Below are positions 40,958 to 49,638 of a stretch of 64,000 nt of DNA, in pieces (the first letter of the stretch is position 1; every line of letters starts with the position of its first letter). Made by a program: the position numbers and the translations under genes. Under the pieces are notes generated by a model, which was given only the letters and a program-made list of their open reading frames with translations, did no database searches and was not told the DNA's origin. Source of the stretch: Vulcanimicrobiota bacterium (GTDB lineage Bacteria > Vulcanimicrobiota > Vulcanimicrobiia > Vulcanimicrobiales > Vulcanimicrobiaceae); contig OY968762.1 of assembly GCA_963695225.1 (NCBI GenBank), forward strand, positions 960,001 to 1,024,000, given 5' to 3'.

Positions 40958-43900
40958 CTATTCCGTTTTACTCAACCGGTCGGCGGCGGGATGGAAGTGG
41001 CTGCCGTCGCGGCGGGCGAGGTCCTCGTATTGGCGGTATTTCTCGGTGACGGCGGCTTGCGCCATCTCGAGCAGCGGCCCCGCCGCGTCCGGCATCGTCG
41101 CGGCGAGCGACGAATACCGGATCTCGTTGTAGGCGTAATCCTTGAACGAGATCGTCGGGCGCGGTGAATCAAGCCGGAACGGGTTCTTCCCGACCGTTCG
41201 CATCTCGGGGTTGTAACGGAGCAGCGGCCAGTAACCGCTCGCAACGGCGAGATCTTGCTGGCGCATGCCGAAGCGCATATCGATGCCGTGCGCGATGCAG
41301 TGGCTGTACGCCAGGATCAGCGAGGGGCCGTCGTACGCTTCGGCCTCGCGAAACGCGTCGAGCGTCTGCTGTGGATTCGCACCCATCGCGATCTGCGCGA
41401 CGTAGATGTTGCCGTAGGCGATCGCCTGCATCGCGAGATCCTTGCGCGCGACGCGTTTGCCGGCCGTGGCGAACTTTGCGACCGCGCCGAGCGGCGTCGC
41501 CTTCGAGGCTTGGCCGCCGGTGTTTGAATAGACCTCGGTATCGAGGACGAGGACGTTCACGTTCCGGCCCACGGCGAGCACGTGGTCGAGCCCGCCGTAA
41601 TCGATGTCGTAGGCCCAGCCGTCGCCGCCGACGATCCAGACGCTGCGCCGCACGAGGTGGTCGATCACCGAGAGCAGGTCGAGCGCATCGGAATCGTCGC
41701 CGAGTTCGAGCAGCCGCACTTTCAACTCGGCGACCCGGATGCGTTGCGCCCGGATCTCCGTCTCGCGCACCTGCGGCGCCCGCACGATCTTCTCGACGCG
41801 TTCCGAACCTAGCCGCGGAGCGAGCTTGCGCAACAGACCGTGCGCCATCTCGACGTGCTGGTCGGCCGCGAGCCGGAAGCCCAGGCCGAACTCCGCATTG
41901 TCTTCAAAGAGCGAATTGGACCAGGCGGGGCCGCGCCCCTCATGGTTCTTCGTCCACGGCGTGACCGGCAGGTTCGCACCGTAGATCGAGGAACAGCCGG
42001 TCGCGTTCGCGATCTGCAGCCGGTCTCCGAAGAGCTGCGAGAGCAGCTTGAGATACGGCGTCTCGCCGCAGCCCGAGCACGCGCCGGGGAACTCGAAGAG
42101 CGGTTGAAGGAACTGCACGCCGCGCACGTTCGCGAAATCGACGCGCTCGCGCGCGTTGACCGGCAGCTTCTCGAAGAACTCGATGTTCGTGCGCTCCGCC
42201 TCGACGAGCGGGAGCTTGTCCTTCATGTTGATCGCTTTGATCGCCTGGTCGACGGGGCTGACGGCGGGGCAGGCCTCGACGCACAAGCCGCAGCCCGTGC
42301 AATCTTCCACGTAGAACTGCAAAGAGAAGCGAATCTCCGGATAGCCGCGCGCGTTGACGGCGGCGGATTTGAACGTCTCGGGGGCGCCCGCGAGCCGGCG
42401 CTCGTTGTAGTAGCGCGCGCGAATGACGCTGTGCGGGCAGACGAAGCCGCATTGCCCGCATTGGATGCACAGGTCCGGCTCCCAGACGGGGACGGCATCC
42501 GCGATGTTGCGCTTCTCGTAGGCGCTCGTCCCCGAGGGGAACGTGCCGTCGACCGGCATCAAGCTCACCGGGATCTCGTCGCCCAAGCCCTCCATCATCT
42601 TTGCGGTGACGTCGCGGACGAATTTCGGCGCGTCGAGCGGGACGATCGGCGGGCGCTCCGTCGTGCTCGTCGCCGCCACCGGGATCGCCACTTCGTAGAG
42701 CCGGGCGAGCGTTCCGTCGACCGCCGCGTAATTCTTGCGCACGACGATCTCGCCCTTACGAGCGTACGTCTTCTTGATCGCGTCCTTGATGTGCCGAATC
42801 GCGTCTTCCCGCGGCAGCACGCCCGAGATCGCGAAGAAGCAGGTCTGCAACACGGTGTTCGTGTGGACGCCGAGCCCGACTTCGCGAGCGACCTCGGAGG
42901 CGTCGATCGTGTAGACGCGCAGCTTCCGCTCGATGATCTGCTCTTGCACCGGACGAGGCAAGTGGTCCCACACGGTCTCGGGCCCGTAGACGCTATTGAG
43001 CAATAGCACGGCGCCGGGCGCCGCAAGGCGGAGCACGTCCTGACGGGCGAGAGCTGCGAACTGATGGACCGCGACGAAACTCGCCGAGGCGATCAAGAAC
43101 GGCGCGCGGACCGGATCGGGGCCGAAGCGCAGGTGCGAGATCGTCTGCGCGCCGGACTTATGTGAATCGTAGACGAAGTAGCCCTGCGCGTAGAGCCCCG
43201 CATCTTCCGCGATGATCTTGACGCTGTTTTTGTTCGCGCCGACCGTTCCGTCGGCGCCGAGGCCGTAGAAGACGCAACGCGTGACGCTCGGCGGTTCGAT
43301 CGCGAACGACGGATCGACGGTGAGGCTCGTGTGCGAAACGTCGTCGTCGATGCCGACCGTAAAGCCGTTCTTCGGTTCCGCCGAGCCCAGTTCGTCGAAG
43401 ACCGCCTTGACCATCGCGGGCGTGAAGTCTTTCGACGAAAGCCCGTAACGGCCGCCGATCACGCGCGGCATGCTCGCGCGCTCGCCGTGCGCGAACGCCT
43501 GCGCGAGCGTCGTGACGACGTCGAGATAGACGGGCTCTCCCGCCGAACCCGGTTCCTTGGTTTGTTCGAGGACGGCGATCGAACGGACCGAAGCCGGGAT
43601 CGCCGCCACGAAGGCGGCCGCCGAGAACGGGCGGTAGAGCCGAATCTGCAGCACGCCGACTTTCTCGCCTGCCGCCCGTAGCGTCTTCGCCGTCTCGCGC
43701 GCCGTCTCGGCCCCGGAGCCCATCAGCACCAGGATCCGCTCGGCCGAGGGATCGCCCTCGTATTCGAAGAGGCGGTAGCGGCGCCCGGTCATCTCGCCGA
43801 ACCGGTCCATCGCCGCTTGGACGATCCCCGGGACGCGCGCGTAGTACGGGTTCGAGGCTTCGCGCGCCTGGAAGAACGTATCGGGGTTGTGCGCCGTGCC

Positions 43901-44545
43901 GCGAATGTACGGATGCTCCGGGCTGAGCGAGCGCGCGCGATGCGCGCGGACGAGCTCGTCGTCGATCATCGAACGGATCTCATCGTCCGAGAGGAGCGAG
44001 AGCGTGTTCAGCTCGTGCGACGTGCGGAAACCGTCGAAGAAGTGCAGGAACGGGACGCGCGATTCGAGCGTCGCGGCCTGCGCGATCAGCGCCGTGTCAT
44101 GCGCCTCTTGGACCGAACCCGAGGAGAGCAACGCGAAGCCCGTGGCGCGCGTCGACATCACGTCGGAGTGGTCTCCGAAGATCGAGAGCCCCGAGGTCGC
44201 GAGCGCGCGCGCCGCCACATGGAAGACGGTCGCGGTCAGTTCTCCCGCGATCTTGTACATGTTGGGGATCATCAACAGGAGGCCTTGCGAGGCAGTGAAC
44301 GTCGTCGTCAGCGCGCCCGATTGCAGCGCGCCGTGCAGCACGCCGGCGGCGCCGCCCTCGCTCTGCATCTCCTGCACCACGGGCATCCGCCCCCAAATGT
44401 TCGTCAGGCCCTCCGCGACCCATTGGTCGGCGAGTTCGGCCATCGTCGACGAGGGCGTGATCGGATAGATCGCGCAGACTTCGTTCACGCGGTAGGCGAC
44501 GTGCGCGACGGCCGTGTTGCCGTCCATCGTGGTTCTCGTGCCCAT
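40958..44545 (-). CDS. nifJ: Pyruvate:ferredoxin (flavodoxin) oxidoreductase
   Basis: YPITPSS, MQSEGGAAG, DGFRTSHE, GADGTVGANK, two 4Fe-4S motifs, GACSGCGET, GGDGWAYDI. Confidence 0.95.
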   Translation of the reverse strand: MGTRTTMDGNTAVAHVAYRVNEVCAIYPITPSSTMAELADQWVAEGLTNIWGRMPVVQEMQSEGGAAGVLHGALQSGALTTTFTASQGLLLMIPNMYKIAGELTATVFHVAARALATSGLSIFGDHSDVMSTRATGFALLSSGSVQEAHDTALIAQAATLESRVPFLHFFDGFRTSHELNTLSLLSDDEIRSMIDDELVRAHRARSLSPEHPYIRGTAHNPDTFFQAREASNPYYARVPGIVQAAMDRFGEMTGRRYRLFEYEGDPSAERILVLMGSGAETARETAKTLRAAGEKVGVLQIRLYRPFSAAAFVAAIPASVRSIAVLEQTKEPGSAGEPVYLDVVTTLAQAFAHGERASMPRVIGGRYGLSSKDFTPAMVKAVFDELGSAEPKNGFTVGIDDDVSHTSLTVDPSFAIEPPSVTRCVFYGLGADGTVGANKNSVKIIAEDAGLYAQGYFVYDSHKSGAQTISHLRFGPDPVRAPFLIASASFVAVHQFAALARQDVLRLAAPGAVLLLNSVYGPETVWDHLPRPVQEQIIERKLRVYTIDASEVAREVGLGVHTNTVLQTCFFAISGVLPREDAIRHIKDAIKKTYARKGEIVVRKNYAAVDGTLARLYEVAIPVAATSTTERPPIVPLDAPKFVRDVTAKMMEGLGDEIPVSLMPVDGTFPSGTSAYEKRNIADAVPVWEPDLCIQCGQCGFVCPHSVIRARYYNERRLAGAPETFKSAAVNARGYPEIRFSLQFYVEDCTGCGLCVEACPAVSPVDQAIKAINMKDKLPLVEAERTNIEFFEKLPVNARERVDFANVRGVQFLQPLFEFPGACSGCGETPYLKLLSQLFGDRLQIANATGCSSIYGANLPVTPWTKNHEGRGPAWSNSLFEDNAEFGLGFRLAADQHVEMAHGLLRKLAPRLGSERVEKIVRAPQVRETEIRAQRIRVAELKVRLLELGDDSDALDLLSVIDHLVRRSVWIVGGDGWAYDIDYGGLDHVLAVGRNVNVLVLDTEVYSNTGGQASKATPLGAVAKFATAGKRVARKDLAMQAIAYGNIYVAQIAMGANPQQTLDAFREAEAYDGPSLILAYSHCIAHGIDMRFGMRQQDLAVASGYWPLLRYNPEMRTVGKNPFRLDSPRPTISFKDYAYNEIRYSSLAATMPDAAGPLLEMAQAAVTEKYRQYEDLARRDGSHFHPAADRLSKTE

Positions 44546-46179
44546 CACGCCGGCTCCCCGATCATCTCGATCGCGCTGCAGGGGCATTGCTCGAAACAAG
44601 TCGCGCACCCGGTGCAAACGGCGTACTCGATGCGATAGCGATTCCCAGGCCCCAGCTTAATGATCGCATCCTCCGGACACGCGGCGTAACAGTTGTCGCA
44701 CTCGAAGCAGTTCCCGCACGAGAGGCAGCGCTTCGCTTCGTGGATCGCCTCCCGTTCCGTGAGGCCCGCGACGATCTCCTCGAAGCCCGCCGCCCGTTCT
44801 CCGGGCGGAAGCTCGTGCTGCTCCGTGATGGGCGCATCGCTGAAGATCGGCAGGGTCAGCATCCCGAATTCGACGATCGGCGGCCTCGGCTTATGAACGT
44901 ACGCCGTTCCGCGCAGCCACGCGTCGATGTGCCGCGCGGCCTTCTTCCCGTGCCCGACGGCGATCGTGACGGTGCGCTCGCTCGGCACGAGGTCGCCGCC
45001 GGCGAAGATCCCGGCCCGCCCGGTCATCATGTTCGGGGCGACGATCACCGTGCCGTCGGATTCGAAGCCGATGCCCGGAACCTTGCGCAAGAAACCGCTG
45101 TCGGCTTCCTGCCCGAGCGCGAGGACGACGGCATCGGCCTGGAGCGTTTCGTACTCGCCGGTCGGGTGCGGGCGCCCCTTCTCGTCGAGCCGCATCATCT
45201 CGACCGTGATCTCCGCGCCGTCGATCGACGAAATGCTCGTCAACCACTTGATCTTCACGCCTTCGGAGAGCGCCTCGTCGGCTTCGAATGCGTGCGCGGG
45301 CATGTGTTCCCGGTCGCGCCGGTAGACGATCAGCGCCTCTTCCGCACCAAGCCGGCGCGCGGTGCGTGCGGCGTCCATCGCCGTGTTCCCGCCGCCGTAG
45401 ATCACGACGCGGCGGCCGAGCAGCGGCGCCTCGCCGGCATCGACGTCGCGCAGCAGCGTGACCGCGTCGAGGATCTTGCCCGCATCGCGCGCGGGGATGT
45501 CGACGTGCTTGCCGACGTGCGCCCCGATCGCCACGAACACCGCGTCGAAGTTGCCTGCGGCGCGCTCCGCGAGCACGTCTTCGACTTTGTGATTGAGCAC
45601 GATCCGGACGCCGGTCGCTTCGATCCGCGCGATCTCGCGCATGAGTTCCGCGCGCGGCAGGCGGTAGGCGGGGATCCCGAAGTGGAGCATCCCTCCCGGC
45701 AGCGGCCCCGCTTCGTGAATCTCGACCTCGTGTCCGAGGCGCCGCAGATGGTACGCCGCCGAGAGCCCGCTCGGCCCCGCGCCGACGATGAGAACGCGCA
45801 TCCCGGAAGGCTCCGCCGCGGCGGGGAGCGTCCAGCCCCGTTCGATCGCGAGATCGCCGAGGTACCGTTCGACCGCGTGAATGGTGACCGGCGCGTCGAG
45901 TTCAGCTCGATTGCAGCTCGTCTCGCAGGGATGGTAGCATACGCGCCCGTGAACCGCCGGCAGCGGGTTGTCTGCGACGAGCGTCTCCCACGCCTCACGA
46001 AAGCGCCCCGCTTGCGCGAGGCCGAGCCAAGCTTGGATGTTCTCGCCCGCCGGGCACGCGGAGTTGCACGGCGGCATGAGATCGACGAAGATCGGCCTGC
46101 GCGCGCGAACCGGCCCCGCCCCTTTCTCGCTCGTGAGATCGACGATCGAAGTCATGTCGAAGGGACGCCGGTTGCTCAT
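44545..46179 (-). CDS. GltD-like NAD(P)/FAD-dependent Fe-S oxidoreductase with C-terminal ferredoxin domain
   Basis: PPCNSACPAG, GRVCYHPCE, VGAGPSG, GIPAYRLP, GGGNTAMD, C-terminal CxxCxxCxxxCP motifs. Confidence 0.88.
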   Translation of the reverse strand: MSNRRPFDMTSIVDLTSEKGAGPVRARRPIFVDLMPPCNSACPAGENIQAWLGLAQAGRFREAWETLVADNPLPAVHGRVCYHPCETSCNRAELDAPVTIHAVERYLGDLAIERGWTLPAAAEPSGMRVLIVGAGPSGLSAAYHLRRLGHEVEIHEAGPLPGGMLHFGIPAYRLPRAELMREIARIEATGVRIVLNHKVEDVLAERAAGNFDAVFVAIGAHVGKHVDIPARDAGKILDAVTLLRDVDAGEAPLLGRRVVIYGGGNTAMDAARTARRLGAEEALIVYRRDREHMPAHAFEADEALSEGVKIKWLTSISSIDGAEITVEMMRLDEKGRPHPTGEYETLQADAVVLALGQEADSGFLRKVPGIGFESDGTVIVAPNMMTGRAGIFAGGDLVPSERTVTIAVGHGKKAARHIDAWLRGTAYVHKPRPPIVEFGMLTLPIFSDAPITEQHELPPGERAAGFEEIVAGLTEREAIHEAKRCLSCGNCFECDNCYAACPEDAIIKLGPGNRYRIEYAVCTGCATCFEQCPCSAIEMIGEPA

Positions 46180-46263
46180 GGACACCTACGTGAGGGGCGG
46201 AGGAGCGCTCTCCCTTCTCGCCCTCGGCGACGGGCACCCGCGCGCTCCATCGAGCCGCTCCGC

Positions 46264-47394
46264 TCAAACGGCGGCGTGCAGCCGCGCCTTACCGTTCCGA
46301 TCTCCGTTGCTCGCGAGCCAGTCGATAACGCCCTGGCGCGTCACGAAACCGACGAGCGTGCCGTCGGAATCGACGACCGGAAGTTGATTGAACCCGGTTT
46401 CTCCGAGCAAACGCAAGGCTTCTCCGGCATCGGCTTCGGGCGGGATGGACTTCAGATCGTCGATGCGCTTCATCAACGCCGTCGCGTACGTCTGCGAAAG
46501 CTCGGCCGCGTCGAGGTGCGCGACGTCGGCCATCGTTACGATGCCGATGAAGCGGTCGCCGAGCAGAACCGGGACGGCCCGCCCGCCGCTCTTGAGCATG
46601 ACCCTCAGCACGGCGTCTCCGAGCGCATCGGCGGGGACGCTCGCCCGAACCGGCTCGGCCAGTTGCAGCGCGGTATGTCCCACGATCGCATCTTGCAACA
46701 CGGCCGAGTTCGCTTCGGACTGCCCCGCTCGCAGGAGGAACCACCCCATCAGCATGTACCAGATTCCCGCACCGAAGCCGTGTTGCAAGATGTCGACGAT
46801 CCCGGCGACGATGGCGAGCCAAGCGATCCCTCCGCCGACCCACGCCGCGATGCGCGTCGCCCGCAGCCGGTCGTGAGTGATGCCCCAGATGAGCGCCTGC
46901 AGCACGCGGCCCCCGTCCATCGGAAAGGCGGGAAGCAGGTTGAAAGCTCCGAGAATCGCATTTGCGGCGCCCAGGTAATCGAACGCCGTACCGGCAGGCG
47001 TCTTCGTTCCGCCGAGCGCGAAACCGGCGAGCGCGCTGATGCCGGCCAGGACGAAGCTCGTCAGCGGGCCGGCGAACGAGATCCAGGCGGCCATACCGGG
47101 GGTCTTCGGCTCGCTCTCGAACCGCGAGACGCCTCCGAAGAGGAATAGGCGGATCTCCTTGATCTCGATGCCGCCCCGTTTCGCGGCCAGCGAGTGCGCC
47201 AATTCGTGCAAGATCACGCTCGAGAACAGGAGCAACGCCGTCCCGATCGCGAGGAGCGCTCGGGTCGCCGGGGTGACCTCCGTCGCTCTGAACGGTCCCA
47301 CGGGGCTGCTAAGCGACCAAGCAACGATTGCGAAGATGAACAGCCACGAAACGTCGATCGCGATGTCGATGCCGAAAAGTCTGCCGATGCGCAT
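46264..47394 (-). CDS. Site-2 protease (M50) with CBS pair
   Basis: HELAH, AGP, NLLPAFPMDGGR, two CBS-like domains; GGAGG RBS. Confidence 0.9.
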   Translation of the reverse strand: MRIGRLFGIDIAIDVSWLFIFAIVAWSLSSPVGPFRATEVTPATRALLAIGTALLLFSSVILHELAHSLAAKRGGIEIKEIRLFLFGGVSRFESEPKTPGMAAWISFAGPLTSFVLAGISALAGFALGGTKTPAGTAFDYLGAANAILGAFNLLPAFPMDGGRVLQALIWGITHDRLRATRIAAWVGGGIAWLAIVAGIVDILQHGFGAGIWYMLMGWFLLRAGQSEANSAVLQDAIVGHTALQLAEPVRASVPADALGDAVLRVMLKSGGRAVPVLLGDRFIGIVTMADVAHLDAAELSQTYATALMKRIDDLKSIPPEADAGEALRLLGETGFNQLPVVDSDGTLVGFVTRQGVIDWLASNGDRNGKARLHAAV

Positions 47395-47473
47395 CCGGAC
47401 CTCCACCCCCTTCGACCGCAGGACGGCTGCCGAAGGTTCACCTATTGCCGAAGCTCGGCCGGCGGGCTCGCGC

Positions 47474-47499
47474 TCATCCTTCGGCGAGCTCGGGATGAC
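47474..47499. repeat. REP-like palindrome TCATCCTTCGGCGAGCTCGGGATGAC
   Basis: TCATCC/GGATGA stem; resembles 40899-40939. Confidence 0.5.
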
Positions 47500-47505
47500 C
47501 GGAAG

Positions 47506-49164
47506 TTACGGGGCCGCCGGAACGGCGGAGCCGCGCGCTGCGCGCAGCGCGAAATCGCCGAACGATTCGCCCGGCTCGGCTGCGGACTTATAGTCGCGAA
47601 AGAGCGCCTTTAGGACGCCCGGCAAGTCGGCCGCCTTGACCTTTTCGCGGTAGAGTTCGTTGAGCCGCGTCAGATTCGCGTCGCCCCCGGCGTAGACGTT
47701 GTAGAGGCCGGCGCTGACGCCGACGATTCCGATTTCGCCCATGTACGGCCGCGCACACCCGTTCGGGCAGCCGGTCATCCGCAGCGAGATCGCGAGGTCG
47801 CCGAGGTCGAGTTCTTCGAGATCCCGCTGGGCGGTCCGCACGAGTTCCGGGAGCGCCCGCTCCGCTTCGGCGAGGGCCAAGCTGCACGTCGGAAGCGCGG
47901 GGCACGCGAGCGCGCGGCGTTCGAGAGTCGCGACCGTCCGCACCGTCGGGACGCGGTGTCCGGCGAGGATCGCGTCGATCTCGGCGCGCTGCGCTCCGCG
48001 AACGCCCGTGATCAGCACGTTTTGATTCGGCGTGAAGACGAGATCGAGCTCGAAGCGCGCGACGATCTCGCGCAGGGCCGTCTTTACTTGCGCCTCCGTG
48101 TCGCGAATGCGCCCGCCGAGGACCGGGAGGCCGAGGAAATGCTTCCCGTCGCCCTGCTCGTGCCAGCCGAGGTAATCGTGAAACCGCCATTCCGGCAACT
48201 CGCGCCACGCCGCGAGCCTGACACCCGAGACCCGTTCCACCTCGCGCCGGAACCACTCGAGCCCGCGGTCGGCGATCAGATACTTTAACCGCGCGTGCCG
48301 GCGATTCGTGCGGTCCCCATTGTCGCGCTGCACGAGCACGACGCCGCGGACGACGGCGAGCAACTCGTGCGGTTCGACGAACCCGAAGCGATCGGCGAGC
48401 CGCGGGAACGTCTCGGGCTTGTTGTGCGTCATGCCGAGTCCGCCGCCGACGGTCAGATCGTAACCGAGGAGCGCGCCGCGTTCCCCGAGGACGGGGACGA
48501 CGCCGAGATCGTTCGTGAAGATGTCGACCGAGTTATCGCCGGCCGCCGCGACCGCGATCTTGAATTTCCGCGGCAGATAGGCCGCCCCGTAAATCGGTTC
48601 GCTCTCCTCGTGAGAACGATAGACCTCCTCGCCGTCCTGCCAGATCTCGAAATACGCCCCCGTGCGCGGCGTCAGCAACTCGGCGATCGCGCGCGCCGCC
48701 TCGCGCGCCAGGCGATAAGCCGGCGCAGCGAAGGGCGCCGCGGGCGCCATCACGTTGCGATTGATATCGCCGCACGCGCCGAGCGTCGACCCCAAGCGGT
48801 GCACGATCTCGGCGATCGTCGGGCGCAAATCGCCCTTGCGCACGCCGTGCAACTGGAGCGCCTCGCGCGTCGTTATCCGGATCGTTCCCTGGCCGACGCG
48901 GTCGGCCAGCTCGTCGAGCGCAAGATAGAGTGAAGCCGGCACGAAGCCGCCCGGACTCTTCGTGCGCAACATGAACGTGTGGTCCACAGCGACGCCGTCC
49001 GCTTTACGAGCCTTGCGGCGGTCGCGATCTTCCTGCTGATAGATGCCATGGAACTTCAGCAGTTGCGCAGCCTCCGCAGCGACGCCCGATGCGGGCGTGC
49101 GAAGTTCCGCCGCGATGCTCCCACGCAGGTTCCGGCTCTGGGTCTTTATCCGCTCGACATCCAT
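47506..49164 (-). CDS. cysI: Sulfite reductase hemoprotein (siroheme/4Fe-4S)
   Basis: KFHGIYQQEDRD, ACGDINRNV, LPRKFKIA, ACPALPTC, RMTGCPNGCARP. Confidence 0.9.
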   Translation of the reverse strand: MDVERIKTQSRNLRGSIAAELRTPASGVAAEAAQLLKFHGIYQQEDRDRRKARKADGVAVDHTFMLRTKSPGGFVPASLYLALDELADRVGQGTIRITTREALQLHGVRKGDLRPTIAEIVHRLGSTLGACGDINRNVMAPAAPFAAPAYRLAREAARAIAELLTPRTGAYFEIWQDGEEVYRSHEESEPIYGAAYLPRKFKIAVAAAGDNSVDIFTNDLGVVPVLGERGALLGYDLTVGGGLGMTHNKPETFPRLADRFGFVEPHELLAVVRGVVLVQRDNGDRTNRRHARLKYLIADRGLEWFRREVERVSGVRLAAWRELPEWRFHDYLGWHEQGDGKHFLGLPVLGGRIRDTEAQVKTALREIVARFELDLVFTPNQNVLITGVRGAQRAEIDAILAGHRVPTVRTVATLERRALACPALPTCSLALAEAERALPELVRTAQRDLEELDLGDLAISLRMTGCPNGCARPYMGEIGIVGVSAGLYNVYAGGDANLTRLNELYREKVKAADLPGVLKALFRDYKSAAEPGESFGDFALRAARGSAVPAAP

Positions 49165-49204
49165 TATTGAGAAACGTTCTCCGTTCGCGGCGACCGGCGA
49201 AATG

Positions 49205-49234
49205 AAAAGGCTCCCGTCACATCGACGGGAGCCT
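49205..49234 (-). terminator. Attenuator terminator in the sulfite reductase leader
   Basis: Minus strand AGGCTCCCGTC-gatgt-GACGGGAGCCT-TTTCATTT; 11-bp perfect stem. Confidence 0.85.
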
Positions 49235-49267
49235 GCGCGCTCCGGACTGTGCGAGTAGCCTACGGAA

Positions 49268-49345
49268 TCATGCGCTGGGCCAGTGCCGCCGCCGCGAGGG
49301 GGACCCCGTACGACGACAACACATCTCCAGGAGGCGCGCATTCAT
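49268..49345 (-). CDS. Cys-containing leader peptide MNARLLEMCCRRTGSPSRRRHWPSA
   Basis: Tandem TGT-TGT; lies between a promoter and a terminator upstream of the sulfite reductase gene. Confidence 0.7.
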   Translation of the reverse strand: MNARLLEMCCRRTGSPSRRRHWPSA

Positions 49346-49352
49346 GCGCCCG

Positions 49353-49381
49353 ACCATAGCACGGCCACGGCCGACCGTCAA
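49353..49381 (-). promoter_or_regulatory. Sigma70-type promoter TTGACG-17-TATGGT with extended TG; leaderless start
   Basis: -10 ends 7 nt before the leader ATG. Confidence 0.7.
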
Positions 49382-49404
49382 CGCGTCGCCCCTCTCGCGC
49401 GCCC

Positions 49405-49435
49405 TCTCGGGGGCCGCACATCTCGGGGGCCGCAC
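49405..49435. repeat. Tandem 15-bp direct repeat TCTCGGGGGCCGCAC x2
   Basis: 49405-49419 and 49421-49435, identical. Confidence 0.85.
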
Positions 49436-49436
49436 C

Positions 49437-49466
49437 TTGACGGCCGGCGCGCTCCCGTGATACAAC
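49437..49466 (+). promoter_or_regulatory. Promoter TTGACG-18-TACAAC with extended TG; probable leaderless start
   Basis: -10 ends 8 nt before ATG 49475. Confidence 0.55.
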
Positions 49467-49474
49467 CCATCCCA

Positions 49475-49555
49475 ATGACTTCGCTCGCTATGTCCATGAT
49501 GCGCTCCATGATGCGCGACCGCACCCGCGGTCGGCGGAGTTTGCACGCGGCATAA
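49475..49555 (+). CDS. Met-rich leader peptide MTSLAMSMMRSMMRDRTRGRRSLHAA
   Basis: 6 Met in the first 13 codons; followed by a terminator and then the metB-like gene. Confidence 0.8.
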   Translation: MTSLAMSMMRSMMRDRTRGRRSLHAA

Positions 49556-49578
49556 CGGGTCTCCCGAACGCCTCACGC

Positions 49579-49611
49579 AAGCCCTCGTCGACGACGGGGG
49601 CTTTCTTATTT
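49579..49611 (+). terminator. Attenuator terminator in the metB-like leader
   Basis: AAGCCCTCGTC-gac-GACGGGGGCTT-TCTTATTT. Confidence 0.85.
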
Positions 49612-49638
49612 ACCAACCGCCCGAGGAGAGTGCAACTC

